From: Massalongia carnosa
Lineage: Eukaryota
Assembly (NCBI GenBank): GCA_965645245.1
Contig: OZ287072.1
Span: forward strand, 1,054,001 to 1,118,000
Length of the DNA: 64,000 nt
Direction of reading: 5' to 3'
In this document: positions 25,085 to 37,261 of the stretch, piece after piece
Position numbering within the stretch: the first letter of the stretch is position 1
Layout of the letters: each line of letters starts with the position of its first letter
Position numbers and translations under genes: made by a program
The notes under the pieces: generated by a model
The model's input: only the letters and a program-made list of their open reading frames with translations
What the model was told of the DNA's origin: nothing
Database searches by the model: none

Positions 25085-26250
25085 TCAATTTCCTTCCTCA
25101 TCCCCAAGAGCCTTCTTCGCCGCCCCTCCGCTTGTCCTCTTTCTCTTTGATGGCCGGCTGCTGCCACCTTTAGGACGATAAGGCTCATCCTCTCTCTTGC
25201 GCTTATTCTTTGGAGGTGCCTCGAAATTCCCTCCGACGAGGAAACCTTCATCATCAATGAGTTCTTGTTCTAGCTTCGGCATGGCTCCCGATCGCTTTGT
25301 AGCTTTGGGAGGGTTTGATGGCTTCGGAGATACTTTCGCAGTTTGCCTTGAAGGAGGTTTATCGGGGTTTGGATCATCTTGTTGAAAAACCTGGGGATGA
25401 TGCTTGCGTAGCCAATTGTGTACTGAGACTGGGTTACGAAGCTGCGATTCCTTTTCTTTTTCCCTTTCATTGGCCTTCGCCAGCTGCGAAGACGCAATCG
25501 GTCGGGAGCCATGCACAGCGTTTCCAAGGGTGTTGTCTAATGTGGCCAAAAATTCCGTCTCATGGTTTGGTGACAGATAACCCGTTGGTGTGTCGTCGTC
25601 GAGATCCGAGGGCAAACAACTAGGTATGACCGAGCTTAATGTGGTATGAGGTGTAGCGTCAAGATCAGTGATTCGCTTCGGCTTGTTAATCGCATCAAGG
25701 AGTTCGGCTTCAAGGTCTTTGTACGTATTCGGCGTAATCTGTCCTGTGGTAAGCTCTACTTTTGCTTCCTCCAGTGCTGCCCGAGCTCCGTTGGCATCTT
25801 GAATTTTGCTAGGTGGTTGATCCGGCTCAAGGGCTGGAACATGTGCGAAATCGGGGGTGGGAGAGCGAAGATCGTATCGCAAATGTAAAGGTATACGATT
25901 AGACTCGTTAACATCAAGCAAGAGATCGAGTAGTTGACTGGATTTAGTGAGCTTAAAGCCCAGTTCTCACAAGGATGTTAAATCGAGTAGGCTCACTCGT
26001 TCTGTTCCTGGAGACGCCGTGCCAGCTTCATTGCATTTTGTTCTTCATCAAAAAGCACATTGCTCTCCCTCATTTTTTCCTTGAAAGTGTGCCTCATTTT
26101 CAAAAATTTCTTCCTATAGACTCATTAGTTTGAAGTTCACAAACGATGGAAGCCTTCCTTGCCTTACTTGAAGGATTTATATTTCATCTTGGTCTCCTCC
26201 ATGCTGGGAGCCTCCCCCATCCCAGGGTCATTGACAGGAGCAAAAGACAT
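25085..26250 (-). CDS. IEC3: INO80 chromatin-remodelling complex subunit Iec3
   Basis: Three exons (introns ~26114-26167 and ~25940-25997): KYKSFK/KKFLKMRHTF..MRESN.L..EEQ.A...ARRLQEQND/QLLDLLLDVN; later LRNPVSVHNWLRKHHPQVF and YRPKGGSSRPSKRKR. Confidence 0.8.
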
Positions 26251-26799
26251 TGCTCCCCGTTATATTCGTAAAACTCGTCAGATCATATAAAAAAGAAGAT
26301 CAGTCGCTGGTACTACTCGTTATAAAGGCAGTGAATTGATTGTATATATTCATGGCTAATAAGAGACGAGATTTCGTTCTCGATATGGCGTAGTCCAATT
26401 ATGTAAGCAGGCACCTTCCACATTGTACCTAGATCTAACTTACTAGTTCAACAGCATACAACCTCGTCACCACGAATCAGTCACTGCATCCACAATCTTT
26501 ACTGTTTGCGCGTCAGTTGGTATTATGACTCCGCTAATGGGATGGGAACGTGCTTGAAAAGTACAGAGTACCAGACTCAAGAAATCGCGTATTAACTAGA
26601 TGGAACGCGCTGAGTAGATTTGGGCTCGTAGATGGGCTGATGATATGTAAAGAACCAAACTGCCAACCATAACTTGTTTCTTCCCTCAGCCTGAAAACTC
26701 GATCTATGCAAAACGCTGCTCTAAGTGTTACTTACGGTTTCTTGTACGGCATTCAAACATTGAGCAATTAAGACATGCAAAAGAACGCTCTATTATGGT

Positions 26800-28050
26800 C
26801 ATTGTTTGACTGAAATGATAACAGGGAAAGAATGCAAGAAACTTCTATTTCGACACCTTAGCTTGGGAGTGCCTGGCAATAGCTCTGCTCCGAACAATCA
26901 AACGCTCCTCTTACGCACAAAGCGTTTTGGACACAAACGCCTTTAACGGGTTGCAGTGGCACATGGACGTCTTGAGAACGTTGTAATCGAAGATATGGAG
27001 TCGGTGGCTAGCAGCAAATCGCCCAAGATATCTTCAATCGAACGGCCTTAACAGAAGAAACCTTAGCGTCGACTAAGGTATAATCTTTAACGGCCGGGGT
27101 CTTCTTACTCGCCTGAAACTCTGCATCACTTAGAACAGTATCACCACTTCACCAGGGATCTTAAACCATGTCGCAAGAAGCCGAACCCTCAACCATCGAC
27201 TATGCCTGTTTCTACAGCCTAATCCAAGAGCATGTTGACCATCACCCGCTTCTAATATTCAGCGCTGAACGGGATGGACTAGTATCACAATCACTTGTAG
27301 ATATCCTAGATCTCTTTCAATCCATGCTAGAAATATCAAGCCAGCAGATGAAATATTAGCAATTGATGCAGATGGTGCATCATTGCTCGCCTCAATTACA
27401 GCATTAGCTAGGCCAGTAGCTACCACCTCGAAACTTTGGGGACGATGGAATTAAGAGATTGACATATTAAGCTTTGCACCTCAGACTATGGCGAGAGAAA
27501 CTCAGAAACTCCTACCGCCAGCAAGTCTGTACACTGCTTATCCAGGCTATACGCTATTCTGGCCAATCCACAACTCCAAAAGCTCGTAAAAAAACGGGCT
27601 CGAAAAGATTACCGATTGGCAGAATTTTAGGAAGCGAACAGATTTGCTGGTGGATTTTTCATCAAAGGCTCGTCAATCGATCAGAAATCCCTAGGATAGA
27701 CTTCAACCACTCTGAGAAAAACCAAAAGTGTTCTTTACGCAATATCAATTCCACCACGTCAGTTGCCAAAATTCTAGCAGCGATAGTGATAGACTTTGGG
27801 CTATTTCACAAGCTTATCAGATGCAGCTATCATTACTCTTCTCTCCACTGTGATTAAGTCACATTTGCCTTGCAACGAAACATGAACCGGCAAAGATAAA
27901 TTTTGTAATGAAGGAACTTGAAATCTCAAGCAGATATGAAAAGTCGATTACTGCTCCAGGCATATATGTAGCATCAACCTTGCAACTCTGATTGTTGGCC
28001 TACTTTTGAAAGCTTTGCGTGATGAGTTTTATTCATCTCGACCTTGGATA
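26800..28050 (+). pseudogene. Possible decayed NB-ARC/TPR (NLR-like) gene relic
   Basis: CLTEMITGKECKKLLFRHL (26803), FYSLIQEHVDHHPLL (ORF 27168-27359) and TPR-like STTSVAKILAAIVIDFGLFHK (ORF 27474-27857), in NB-ARC, winged-helix, TPR order and broken by stops. Confidence 0.3.
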
Positions 28051-28611
28051 CACCAAAAGAACTCACATGGTTCAGGTCAGCTCTTAGGACGTGGTTCATA
28101 AATACAAGTTTCCAAAAAAAACAAACAGGCTTTTCGCCTACCTTATCTCTTCCGTGACCATTCTGAAACTACTCGTAATCTAGATCCTTAACCTTCAAAG
28201 TAAAAGATCCTTCGGTGTGGTTGGGCTCGCTTCTCTGACTGCTGCGCACTCAGTATTCCTGCATTCGAAAATGGACTGCTCGTTCTGAAAAGCCCTGTGA
28301 TTTCTGACACACTTTGGAACTTGTTTCGGCTGATCTCTGACGATCGAAAGCGTAAAATCGTGGCCGGGAGAGGGTTCTCACAGCCAGCAAGGCCGCATTA
28401 GCTCTGAAAGCAGGTATGATGGACGTGTTGTAAACGAGTTAACACTAGCCACACTAGCCACACCATGTACAACGTATGTACGTACAGCCACAGCTCACCG
28501 CCACATCATGCCGCCCTACGGGCCGATCAACCGACCTCACCTTTTTGAAATTGAAGTCTCGTTGCACAAATACAAGTTTTCGACTCACTATCAGTATAGA
28601 ACAAAAAAGAA

Positions 28612-29916
28612 ATGTCAAATTCAACCCGATCAACTAGCTCCCCACTCCCTAATTTACCCCCATCATCTTCAAAAAAGCGAAAACGCCCCCCTAGCACCCT
28701 TGCCGAACTCTCGGTCGACATCAATGCCCCAGTTCCCCCCTCCAAAAAAGCCCTCCGAAAGGCCAAAAAGACTAAGCCTGCCTTGCCCTTTGAACCAAAA
28801 TCCACAACCACCAAATCCAATCATCAAGAAGAAGATGAAAGAGAAACTCTAGAGACAACCACAGCCTCCAAACGCTCCGACCACGGCATCTGGATCGGCA
28901 ATCTCCCGTGGTCCGCCACAAAAGCAGACGTGCGCCAATTTCTCACCGCAAATACGACCATTACCGACGCTGTAATTACGAGATTATACTTGCCTTCCCC
29001 GCGCGAGGGTGCCTCTCACGTGCCATCGCGACCGTACATCCCCAAGCCGCAGAACAAAGGCTTCGCCTATGTTGATTTTGCCACCTCCACCGCGCTGGCG
29101 CAAGCCCTAACGCTCACAGAAACGCTCCTTACAGGCCGAAGGGTGCTGATCAAAGATTCGAAAAGCTTCGACGGCCGGCCGGAAAAGACTTCGCTCAAGG
29201 AGGGAGGAGGAGACGCCGCTGACGCGCAAACCACGGCCTACACGGGGAAACCGCCCAGCAAGCGCGTGTTTGTGGGCAATCTAGGTTTTGAAACCTCGGA
29301 AGAGGATCTTAGGAGCCATTTCGAACGGTGCGGTGCGGTGGCAGGGGTGCATGTGGCTACATTTGAGGATTCGGGCAAATGCAAGGGGTTCGCCTGGGTG
29401 GAGTTTGAGGAATTGGAAGCAGGGAAGGCGGCGGTTAGGGGATGGGTTGATTTCGTGGAAGAGGAGAAAAATGGAGACGAAGTTGAAAACGAAGACGACG
29501 AAGACGAAGAGGAAGCCTCCGGCAAGGAAAACGAACTCAGTCATAGCTCCCCCAAGCTGAAACCTAGCAAGAAGCGCAAACCCCGCAAATGGTGGGTCAA
29601 CAAGCTCAAAGGCCGCCCCCTACGCATGGAGTTCGCCGAAGACAAGGCGGTGCGGTACAAGAAACGCTATGGCAAGGACAGTACGGTGAGGAAAGCAGAG
29701 GGCCATCCCGTTCCGCCGACGTCATCGCCGTCGACCCCTACCACCGCCACCATAGTCATGGCTACTACCACTGCTGTGCACCAAAAATCAGCACCACACT
29801 CCTCAAAGAAAAAATTCGACCCTCGCACAATCGCTCCGGGGGCCGCTCTGGCTGCCGTCCCCCGGTTGACGGGCGGCATTGTGGCGAGCGAGGGGCGGAA
29901 AACCACGTTTGCGTAA
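28612..29916 (+). CDS. NOP13: Nucleolar two-RRM RNA-binding protein (Nop13/Rnp24-like)
   Basis: RRM1 GIWIGNLPW...NKGFAYVDF; RRM2 RVFVGNLGF...KGFAWVEF; linker VLIKDSKSFDGRP; single exon, 434 aa. Confidence 0.8.
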   Translation: MSNSTRSTSSPLPNLPPSSSKKRKRPPSTLAELSVDINAPVPPSKKALRKAKKTKPALPFEPKSTTTKSNHQEEDERETLETTTASKRSDHGIWIGNLPWSATKADVRQFLTANTTITDAVITRLYLPSPREGASHVPSRPYIPKPQNKGFAYVDFATSTALAQALTLTETLLTGRRVLIKDSKSFDGRPEKTSLKEGGGDAADAQTTAYTGKPPSKRVFVGNLGFETSEEDLRSHFERCGAVAGVHVATFEDSGKCKGFAWVEFEELEAGKAAVRGWVDFVEEEKNGDEVENEDDEDEEEASGKENELSHSSPKLKPSKKRKPRKWWVNKLKGRPLRMEFAEDKAVRYKKRYGKDSTVRKAEGHPVPPTSSPSTPTTATIVMATTTAVHQKSAPHSSKKKFDPRTIAPGAALAAVPRLTGGIVASEGRKTTFA

Positions 29917-31338
29917 AAGGGGGGATATGTTGGCTTTTCCTCTTTTCTTTGTTGGATGGATCAAAACAGGCTGGTGTGGAAGGGACGGATAAACCTCGAT
30001 CTAGGTACATTTTCTCACCCATATACATACCTACCTACCTTCCTGCCTAGTTTCGTCTCGTCATGCATCCTCAAAAAAACATCTACGTACATCCCGATAA
30101 AGCTCTCTCAACACACTCCAGACTTGTCACCAGGTAAGGAAGCGCTTGTGCGGGGGTCTAGAGATGGTAAAGTTATGGTTAAAGTCTGCTAAGAAAACGA
30201 TCGTTCCTACTACCCTTCCTTCCCCCCATTCATTCACAACCCCCTTGCGCGTCAAACCCCTTTGATGTCACTACAACCCCCCCCCCCCCCAAAAAAAATG
30301 GATCCATCAACTTCATTCAAAAAACCTAAGCGAGATATTTACCTAGATAGTAAGACGGAGAGATTGGGGGGAGAAAAATTTCACTTTCACTTCTAGCTCT
30401 TCCGCAACCGCGTCCTGGGGAGGAAAGGGTAGGATGTTGAATACAGCGTCCTTATTTCCGTCTTCATGGGTCTTGTTGGTTTCGTCCAGGTAGGCTACAG
30501 CTAGGCATGTTGGTAATACGCTTCTCTTACGTGACTTAAGATGGACTTCTTTTGTGATCATACATGGTGTCTCGGCTACATCTTGCCGAGAGCAGAGATA
30601 CATGGCGCTGGAACATTGGGTACGAGTTCTGCTTGCAGACGAAGGGGGGTGGGCAATGTGAAGGAAAGAAATTTTGTCGTGAAGTTGTAGGTATAAAAAA
30701 ATGGCATGATTGGCAACTAGGTAAACTACTGGCTGCTTATGACTATATGGATTGAAACTATGGAATAGAGGCTCCTGGGGCGGGGACTTGCTGGTAACTT
30801 GTACATTGTTGCATTTTTTGGTTGGTTAGAAGATTCGCAAACTATGACTCCCGTCATGTACTTGATACTGAGTAGAGGATCTATTACCAGACAGATTTGG
30901 GTACGTGGAGACGAATGCCAATGGACAGGGGTACAGATTTATATTTGCTGGCGAGATTGTATCAAATCTTTGCTCTGATCGGGTACAGCGGATATGGCTT
31001 ACAGCAGGTATCTTGGTTTGTTGTAGCCGGAAAATTTCTGCAACCGATGTTATTAGCATTCTAAAAGGGATATATGGAACGCTTTCTAGTACCTTTTGCC
31101 AGTCAAACCATGCCCAACGGCTGCTGCCTGAAGTAATCCAGCTTGCAAGGTGAAGTCTTGGGGATTTCAACATCCTTCTCAACCATAAAGAGGCCCTCAG
31201 CATCAAGGGTGAGATAGGCACAAGTAAGCTGTTGGCGAACCTTCCATCTTCGTTCACAAAAATTCTATAGCCTACTTGGAGTATAAGCAAGTGTCTCAAA
31301 AAGAGTCAATATAGCCTCTACATCCAAACCTCCTGGCC

Positions 31339-32879
31339 TCAGATTTGGGGGGTTGGAATCTGATTGTCCGATTCGCAGATCATTTCGTTTGCGTAGGCGC
31401 GATATCGGTCTAGAAGATCGGTCGCGTATACCTCGTGTTGAGTTCGGAAGCTAAAATGAGCGGCAATGGCATGAGTATTAACGAGTAGAGCTAAAATAAC
31501 CACAAGATCAGTTCAGATAGTCTAATGGCCAGTGAGAAGGAGAACCCACGTCTTCGAAGCTTTAAAGGTAACGACTCAGACAAGACATGCTCGTCATCTT
31601 GATCCTCAAAGGGTACGTTATCTACAACATCTTTTCCCCATATAGCCATGAAGTTGATGTTCATCCTACCGTAATTCATGTTCCAAATCCCTTCACGTCT
31701 ATCGTCAAGACCGCTGCCGTAATGATATTTACTGAGCTGATTGTTTTCAATGTTTTCCAGAAGGGAGTAGTGGACTTGAGCAGCGATCGCCCACTTCGAC
31801 CAGTCAGGTCCAAACGGGTTGTATTCCGTCTGGGCAGCCGGAGTCTTGTATATATTCTTTTCATCATCTGGCAATGGAAGCCACCGATGGCCTTTGAACG
31901 GAGGTGCCCCTGGCTGCCCCTCTTCCAAAGTATTCCCACCGTTGTCTGGTTTATCTGCAAGGGGAAAACTCATGTCGCCTTTTTCATTCCAGAGAGGTAA
32001 AGCCGAGGCACGCCATGCTTTAGGTCCATAGGAACTACCTTTGAGATCGGGTGGCGGGGGGATAGTTTCAGGAAGGTATGCATGCAGTGCCCCCATGTGG
32101 TAATGCAGCCAGCCAGTCTCGGGGCTATTGACAAGGTTTGCTACCACGTTCAGCGAATTGGGGTGTTTCAACTTCGTATAAACAACGTTGGCGACCGCAT
32201 CCTCACTTATGTAAACCTGATACCCGATTTTTTAGCGGTAAAAGGGAGAAATAAGAACGACCTCACATACCATATCATCATCTATCTTAATGTACATGTG
32301 CTCCCTCTCCACCGCGTGTTCCCAAATGCTGTTAAACCCTAACGATGGAATTATAATCTTTTTGTATCTTTCCGACGTTTTGACAAGCCTGTCCAGGTAG
32401 TGTATATCCTCCACAATGCCTGTATTAACGACCCAATGAACCTCGTCCAAAAAACCTCCGTTGGAAACAAGATTCTTCTTTAGATAGCAATCAAGAACTG
32501 CTACCACGGAAGGCCGCCCAAAGAATACCAGGCCAATGATCTTGAAACCGTTTGGCTTTTCCCACTTCTCAACCTTGGCATCCGATGCTTGAACCGATTT
32601 AAAAACCTTCTCTGCAACGATGATCTCCGGCTTTCGATACCACCCAGCGCCGACAAAAATGAATCCAAATACTAGGGCCAAAGCGATAAAAAGGATCCGA
32701 GGGCGTAACCACACTGGTAGAGTTTTCCAGGCTTTTCGCGATCTATACCAATCGTCACCAGACCCATTTGGATGTTGATTATGTCGCTCTGCTAGCTCAA
32801 AGTTGATCATATCAAGAGAGGTCGAATGCAAGAGGCCTCTTTGCTCCACGCTTACTTGTGGCGAGGTATCAGACGACAT
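31339..32879 (-). CDS. Conserved fungal type II membrane protein, possible GT-A-fold glycosyltransferase
   Basis: One N-terminal TM helix, then GLVFFGR..VLDCYLKKNLVSNGGFLDEV and YIKIDDD (DxD-like). Three exons; last exon ...AHFSFRTQ..TDLLDRYRAYANEMIC ends at stop 31339-31341. Confidence 0.7.
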
Positions 32880-33590
32880 AAATATAAGGGAAAATCGGGT
32901 GAACCGATAAACGTAGATGCCCTACTCCGTTTATGTTCCTTCCGAGTTCGCCCTTTCCAACCCAAACAGTAAAGGTAACTCTCCGGTTCTAAGTTGAATT
33001 TATACACTGCTAGGCATCCACTCTGTTAGCATATACACCACAGCAGACCCCTAAAGGAGTTTCTGAGCGGAATGAAATGCCGTTTCGGACCACAGCAAAC
33101 GAACTTTACCGTGAAAGAAAAGGTAAGGCCAACGAAGTTGAGTATACTAAAAATCGTACTGACAGCCAAGAGTGGGGCCAAGAGCTTGTCCGACAAGGCC
33201 CAGGGAGATTAGGTGAAGAGAGTGTCGAAAGACGTACAGCATTAGAAAAACCCTAAGACCCGATATATCCGAGCAATAGACGCAACGATAATACTTTGCA
33301 TATGAAGACTGCTCAAAAACAAAAGCGTACCACAAATACTGAAGAGCTGAAAAAACGCCATAACGCTTAGTTATAGCCGTTGTTCAACAGCAATGGCTGA
33401 GACAACGGCTGAACCTACTTCTTCCGTAGGATGTGGTACAGCTTAAATCCTTTGCTAATAGTGCTGAAGGACGGAAAGACAGGGAAGATCCAAAAATCTC
33501 ACCACCGTTAGTAATGCATATCATGTGACGTAGATCGCCGTTAGATGAGGTAATTAATTGCACACTGTACTATGCTAATGGGTACCTACC

Positions 33591-33838
33591 CACGCGGGTG
33601 ACCAAAAAATGACAACGTAGAAATAAATGTACGTTTAGGTTTTCTGATTCGATAAGGTGCAGATTTGTTGTTCTAAAGTACCACCATATCTTATTCAATG
33701 ATGTTGTTTTCATGATGACTTTTTTATGTGATTTTATTGTGGTTTAATATGGTTTAATCATGTGTAAAGGGGTGATGCGAACAAGATTTTGGTGTGGTTT
33801 TCGCTTGCACGTTGTCATTTTTTTTTGTCACCCGCGTG
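33591..33838. mobile_element. 248-bp MITE with CAC...GTG ends and 5-bp target-site duplication
   Basis: Left TIR CACGCGGGTGACCAAAAAATGACAACGT; right end reverse complement CACGCGGGTGACAAAAAAAAATGACAACGT; CTACC at 33586-33590 and 33839-33843; AT-rich non-coding interior. Confidence 0.85.
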
Positions 33839-34006
33839 CTACCCTAACAATCAATGACGAAAAGACATTCAGTATCACGTACGTCATACTGAGAACGTTC
33901 TGGAGGTCCCTTAAAGGTAATCGCCTTTAACCACTTAACCCGGTATTTCCTCAGCGGTACTCCCACCCTTCACATCGTACGCGCCGCCCGCGCCGCCTTT
34001 TTTCCC

Positions 34007-35252
34007 TTACACATTGAACATCTTTGTAATCGCCCCAATGGAAGTATTCCCCCCCGAGAGCACCACCCCTACATCCCACCCCTCATCCCCTCCCTCCCGC
34101 TCCACCAACGCCCGAAAATCCTCATCGTACAAACACACCGCCAGCCCAACCGCCGAACTCGGCTCGATCAAGCACTTCATGCGCTCCAGCACCAGCTGCA
34201 TCGCTTGCAATATCTGCTCCTCACTGACCGCGTACACACCCCGCACTTTTTTGGGGTCGGATATGATGGTCCAGGGGATATCCTTTACGTGCATTCGTAG
34301 TCCATCCGCAATGGTGAGCGAACTCACGTGTGTGATGTGCGTGCCGGATTCCAGGCTACGGCGACCGTCGTCGGCGCCTTCGAAGGTGGGCTCTGCTCCG
34401 AACACCAAGGTACCGGTACCAGCCAATGCAGTAGCCACACCGGACAGCAAGCCTCCGCCGCCCAAAGGAGTGATTACTGCGTCTAAGTGAACTGCTCTCT
34501 TACAAGGCGATGATGTTTGGCCATCAGTAGTCTCAGAGCTGATTGAATGTACGCTCAGCGCACCGTCCTTCGTCACAAGCTCTTGTACCTGGCGCTCAAG
34601 CTCCAACGCTGTGGTTCCTTGTCCTAGTATAATATCAGGATGAAAATCAGGCGGTATGTATATCGCTCCGGTGCGTTTTCTTACTTCCGCAGCCACCGCA
34701 TCCCTTTCTTGAGAGGTACTCCCGCTAAATATCACCTCCGCGCCATATCCTCTCGTGGCTGCAATTTTTGACGGCGTGGAGATTGCAGGCATGATAACAT
34801 AGGCAGGAATATTATATGTTCGTGCAGCAAGGGCGAGGGCTTGTGCATGATTTCCTAAGTGTGAAAATCAAGACATTAGCCCAAGTGCTCCAGCAAGCTG
34901 AGTAAAAGCATAGTAGAAAAGAGCAAAACGCACCTGAACTTGTCGTGACCACTCCTCTGGCACGCTCCTCGGCAGTCAGTCGCATCAAAGCATGGAAAGC
35001 ACCCCGTATCTTAAAGGCACCAATGCGTTGAAAGTTTTCGCACTTAAAAAAAAATTTGATGTGGGGCTTTGTTGGCGTTCTGCCCGCATAAGGTGTATTA
35101 GCCAACGCTTCTGGTGTTTGCGGAGTAGATGCGAGCGTTGATAATGTTTTGGATGTTAAAACGGGCGTTAAATGAATATGTGGTTTAATCAGCTCATGGG
35201 CAGCCAATACGGACGATCTCTCCAATGGAAGCGATTTTTCCAAGTCTGCCAT
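34007..35252 (-). CDS. SRY1: PLP-dependent serine racemase / hydroxyaspartate or threonine dehydratase (fold type II)
   Basis: FKCENFQRIGAFKIRGA (PLP lysine); SSG/NHAQA across intron 34855-34933; GQGT, GGGGLLSG, EPS, SGGN. Confidence 0.85.
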
Positions 35253-35538
35253 TGCGACTTCGAGCAGTAGAATTGTTAAGGCTTGCTGTGCAAGTTAGTT
35301 TGGCTCTAGTCAGGTATCAGTATTGCGAAACAAGTTTCAATCTTGGACGATAAGAAAACCGCAAAGAGAATGTAGAAAAATCGTCATTCTAATCTACGCC
35401 GATTTTCGGCGGGCAAACCATTCGCTAAATGACTCACATTGCCCGGTGGCCAAACTTTTTAGACATCTAGGATAATGCCTAAGATATCGTGCAAACACTT
35501 CTAGTTAAGAAATCAGACGCTCACGGCAATTCCTATGC

Positions 35539-37008
35539 CTATACTTGGTTCTCTGGACGAAGTTGCCTGCATATGTAATCAGTAACTGATCGGAGAATAA
35601 TGTGCCTTGCGATATGACGTACCTGACGGCCTTTCCAGCACGCCATATCTCCAAATCTCTTATCTCCTGCATTTCCTTCTCATACTTCTCGCGATAATCC
35701 GGTTGGGAATTGTAATCTAATGATCTCTGTGTTTCTTTCCCGCTCTTGACGCTGTCATATAGCTCGTTGAAAACCGGCTTCAGAGTATCTTTGAATTTGC
35801 TGCTCCAATCGATAGCGCCTCGTCGTGCTGTTGTCGAGCAGGCTGCGTACATCCAGTCCATACCGTTGGCGCCGATCAAGGGATATAGGCTCTGTGTGGC
35901 TTCTTCGACGGTCTCATTGAAAGCCTCACTAGGACTGTGACCTCTCTCACGAAGGACTTCATACTGGGCAAGAAACATGCCGTGAATACCACCCATCAGG
36001 CATCCACGCTCTCCATAAAGATCGGAATAAACTTCCTTTTCGAACGTTGTTTTATATAGATACCCGCTGCCTACAGCAACACCTAGCGCAATAGCTTTCT
36101 CTTCTGCCTTTCCTGTCACGTCCTGGAATACGGCCACAGAAGAGTTAATGCCGCGCCCCTCCTTAAACAGAGTTCGGACGGTCCGTCCAGACCCTTTTGG
36201 AGCGACAAGGATAACGTCGATATCGGTTGGGACATCGACCTTGGTGAGGTCCTTGAAAACCGGGGAAAATCCATGAGAGAAGTACAAAGTCTAGGTTGCG
36301 ATTAGCGTTTTGAAATGTTTTGTACTATGCATTGCTGCCTACCTTCCCCTTCGTCAATTGTGGCTTGATTGCAGGCCAAGTCTCGCTCTGTGCAGCATCG
36401 CTGAGAAGATTCATCACAATTGTGCCCTTAGATATAGCCTCATCAACATCGAAAAGGTTGGTCCCAGGAATCCATCCATCATTCTGAGCTTCCCGCCATG
36501 AAGCACCGTTTTTCCGTACGCCAATTATAACATTGAGGCCGTTATCACGAAGATTCAGGCCTTGGCCATGTCCTTGCGAGCCGTAGCCAATGAGTGCGAG
36601 CGTATCGTTCTTAAAATAGTCCTATGGAAGACATAAGCCATTCTGCGCTCGCCATCGAGGAGAAGTTTTGCAAAGCAACTGCCCTGACGTAGAGCCAAAA
36701 CTAAAGACTCACTAAAAGCTTTTCTCGTGGCCAGTCCTCGCGCTCTATATTGATATCAGCTATGAAGAAAAGCAGATACCCATGGAAATCCGCATACCGT
36801 AAACGGTTTCCTTATGCCCCGCAAAATCAATTGTCTTCACCCCGCGAGAAAATTGTAAGGAGCCACCAATGATTGGTTTTGTTGGCGCACATGCTCCAAA
36901 TCTCAGACTTCCCAACGATAAGACGAACCTCTGGCGTGGGGCGGAGGATAAGGCGATTTGACGAGCAATAAGGCTTTTGTGAGAACGGTTGAGAATGCGC
37001 GAGGCCAT
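35539..37008 (-). CDS. ILV5: Mitochondrial ketol-acid reductoisomerase
   Basis: Basic presequence; RGVKTIDFAG; LALIGYGSQGHGQGLNLRDNG; YFSHGFSPVF; SDLYGERGCLMG; five exons, ending ...LRPENQV*. Confidence 0.97.
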
Positions 37009-37261
37009 TGCGTGAGATGCCAAGTGAGTCTCGAAATTTGGTTGTAGTTGAGTCTTGTCAATTGAGTCTAATCCGTTGGTTAAGTGAAGAAAAAGAACCC
37101 CAGATTTCACTATTATCAATCCCGAGGTTCTGCTATTAGCGGGTGCCTACCTTAGCGCTCACGTGTTATCGGTTCAGGAATACGAAGCAAGCTGTATCAA
37201 CCATTAGAATAAAGCGTCATCATATTTATTTCTTCCAACATGGTACCCTAAGATCAAAATT

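Noticed and set aside
30343..31299. Minus-strand ORFs of 86 and 157 aa
   Set aside because: No recognisable motifs or convincing splice structure.
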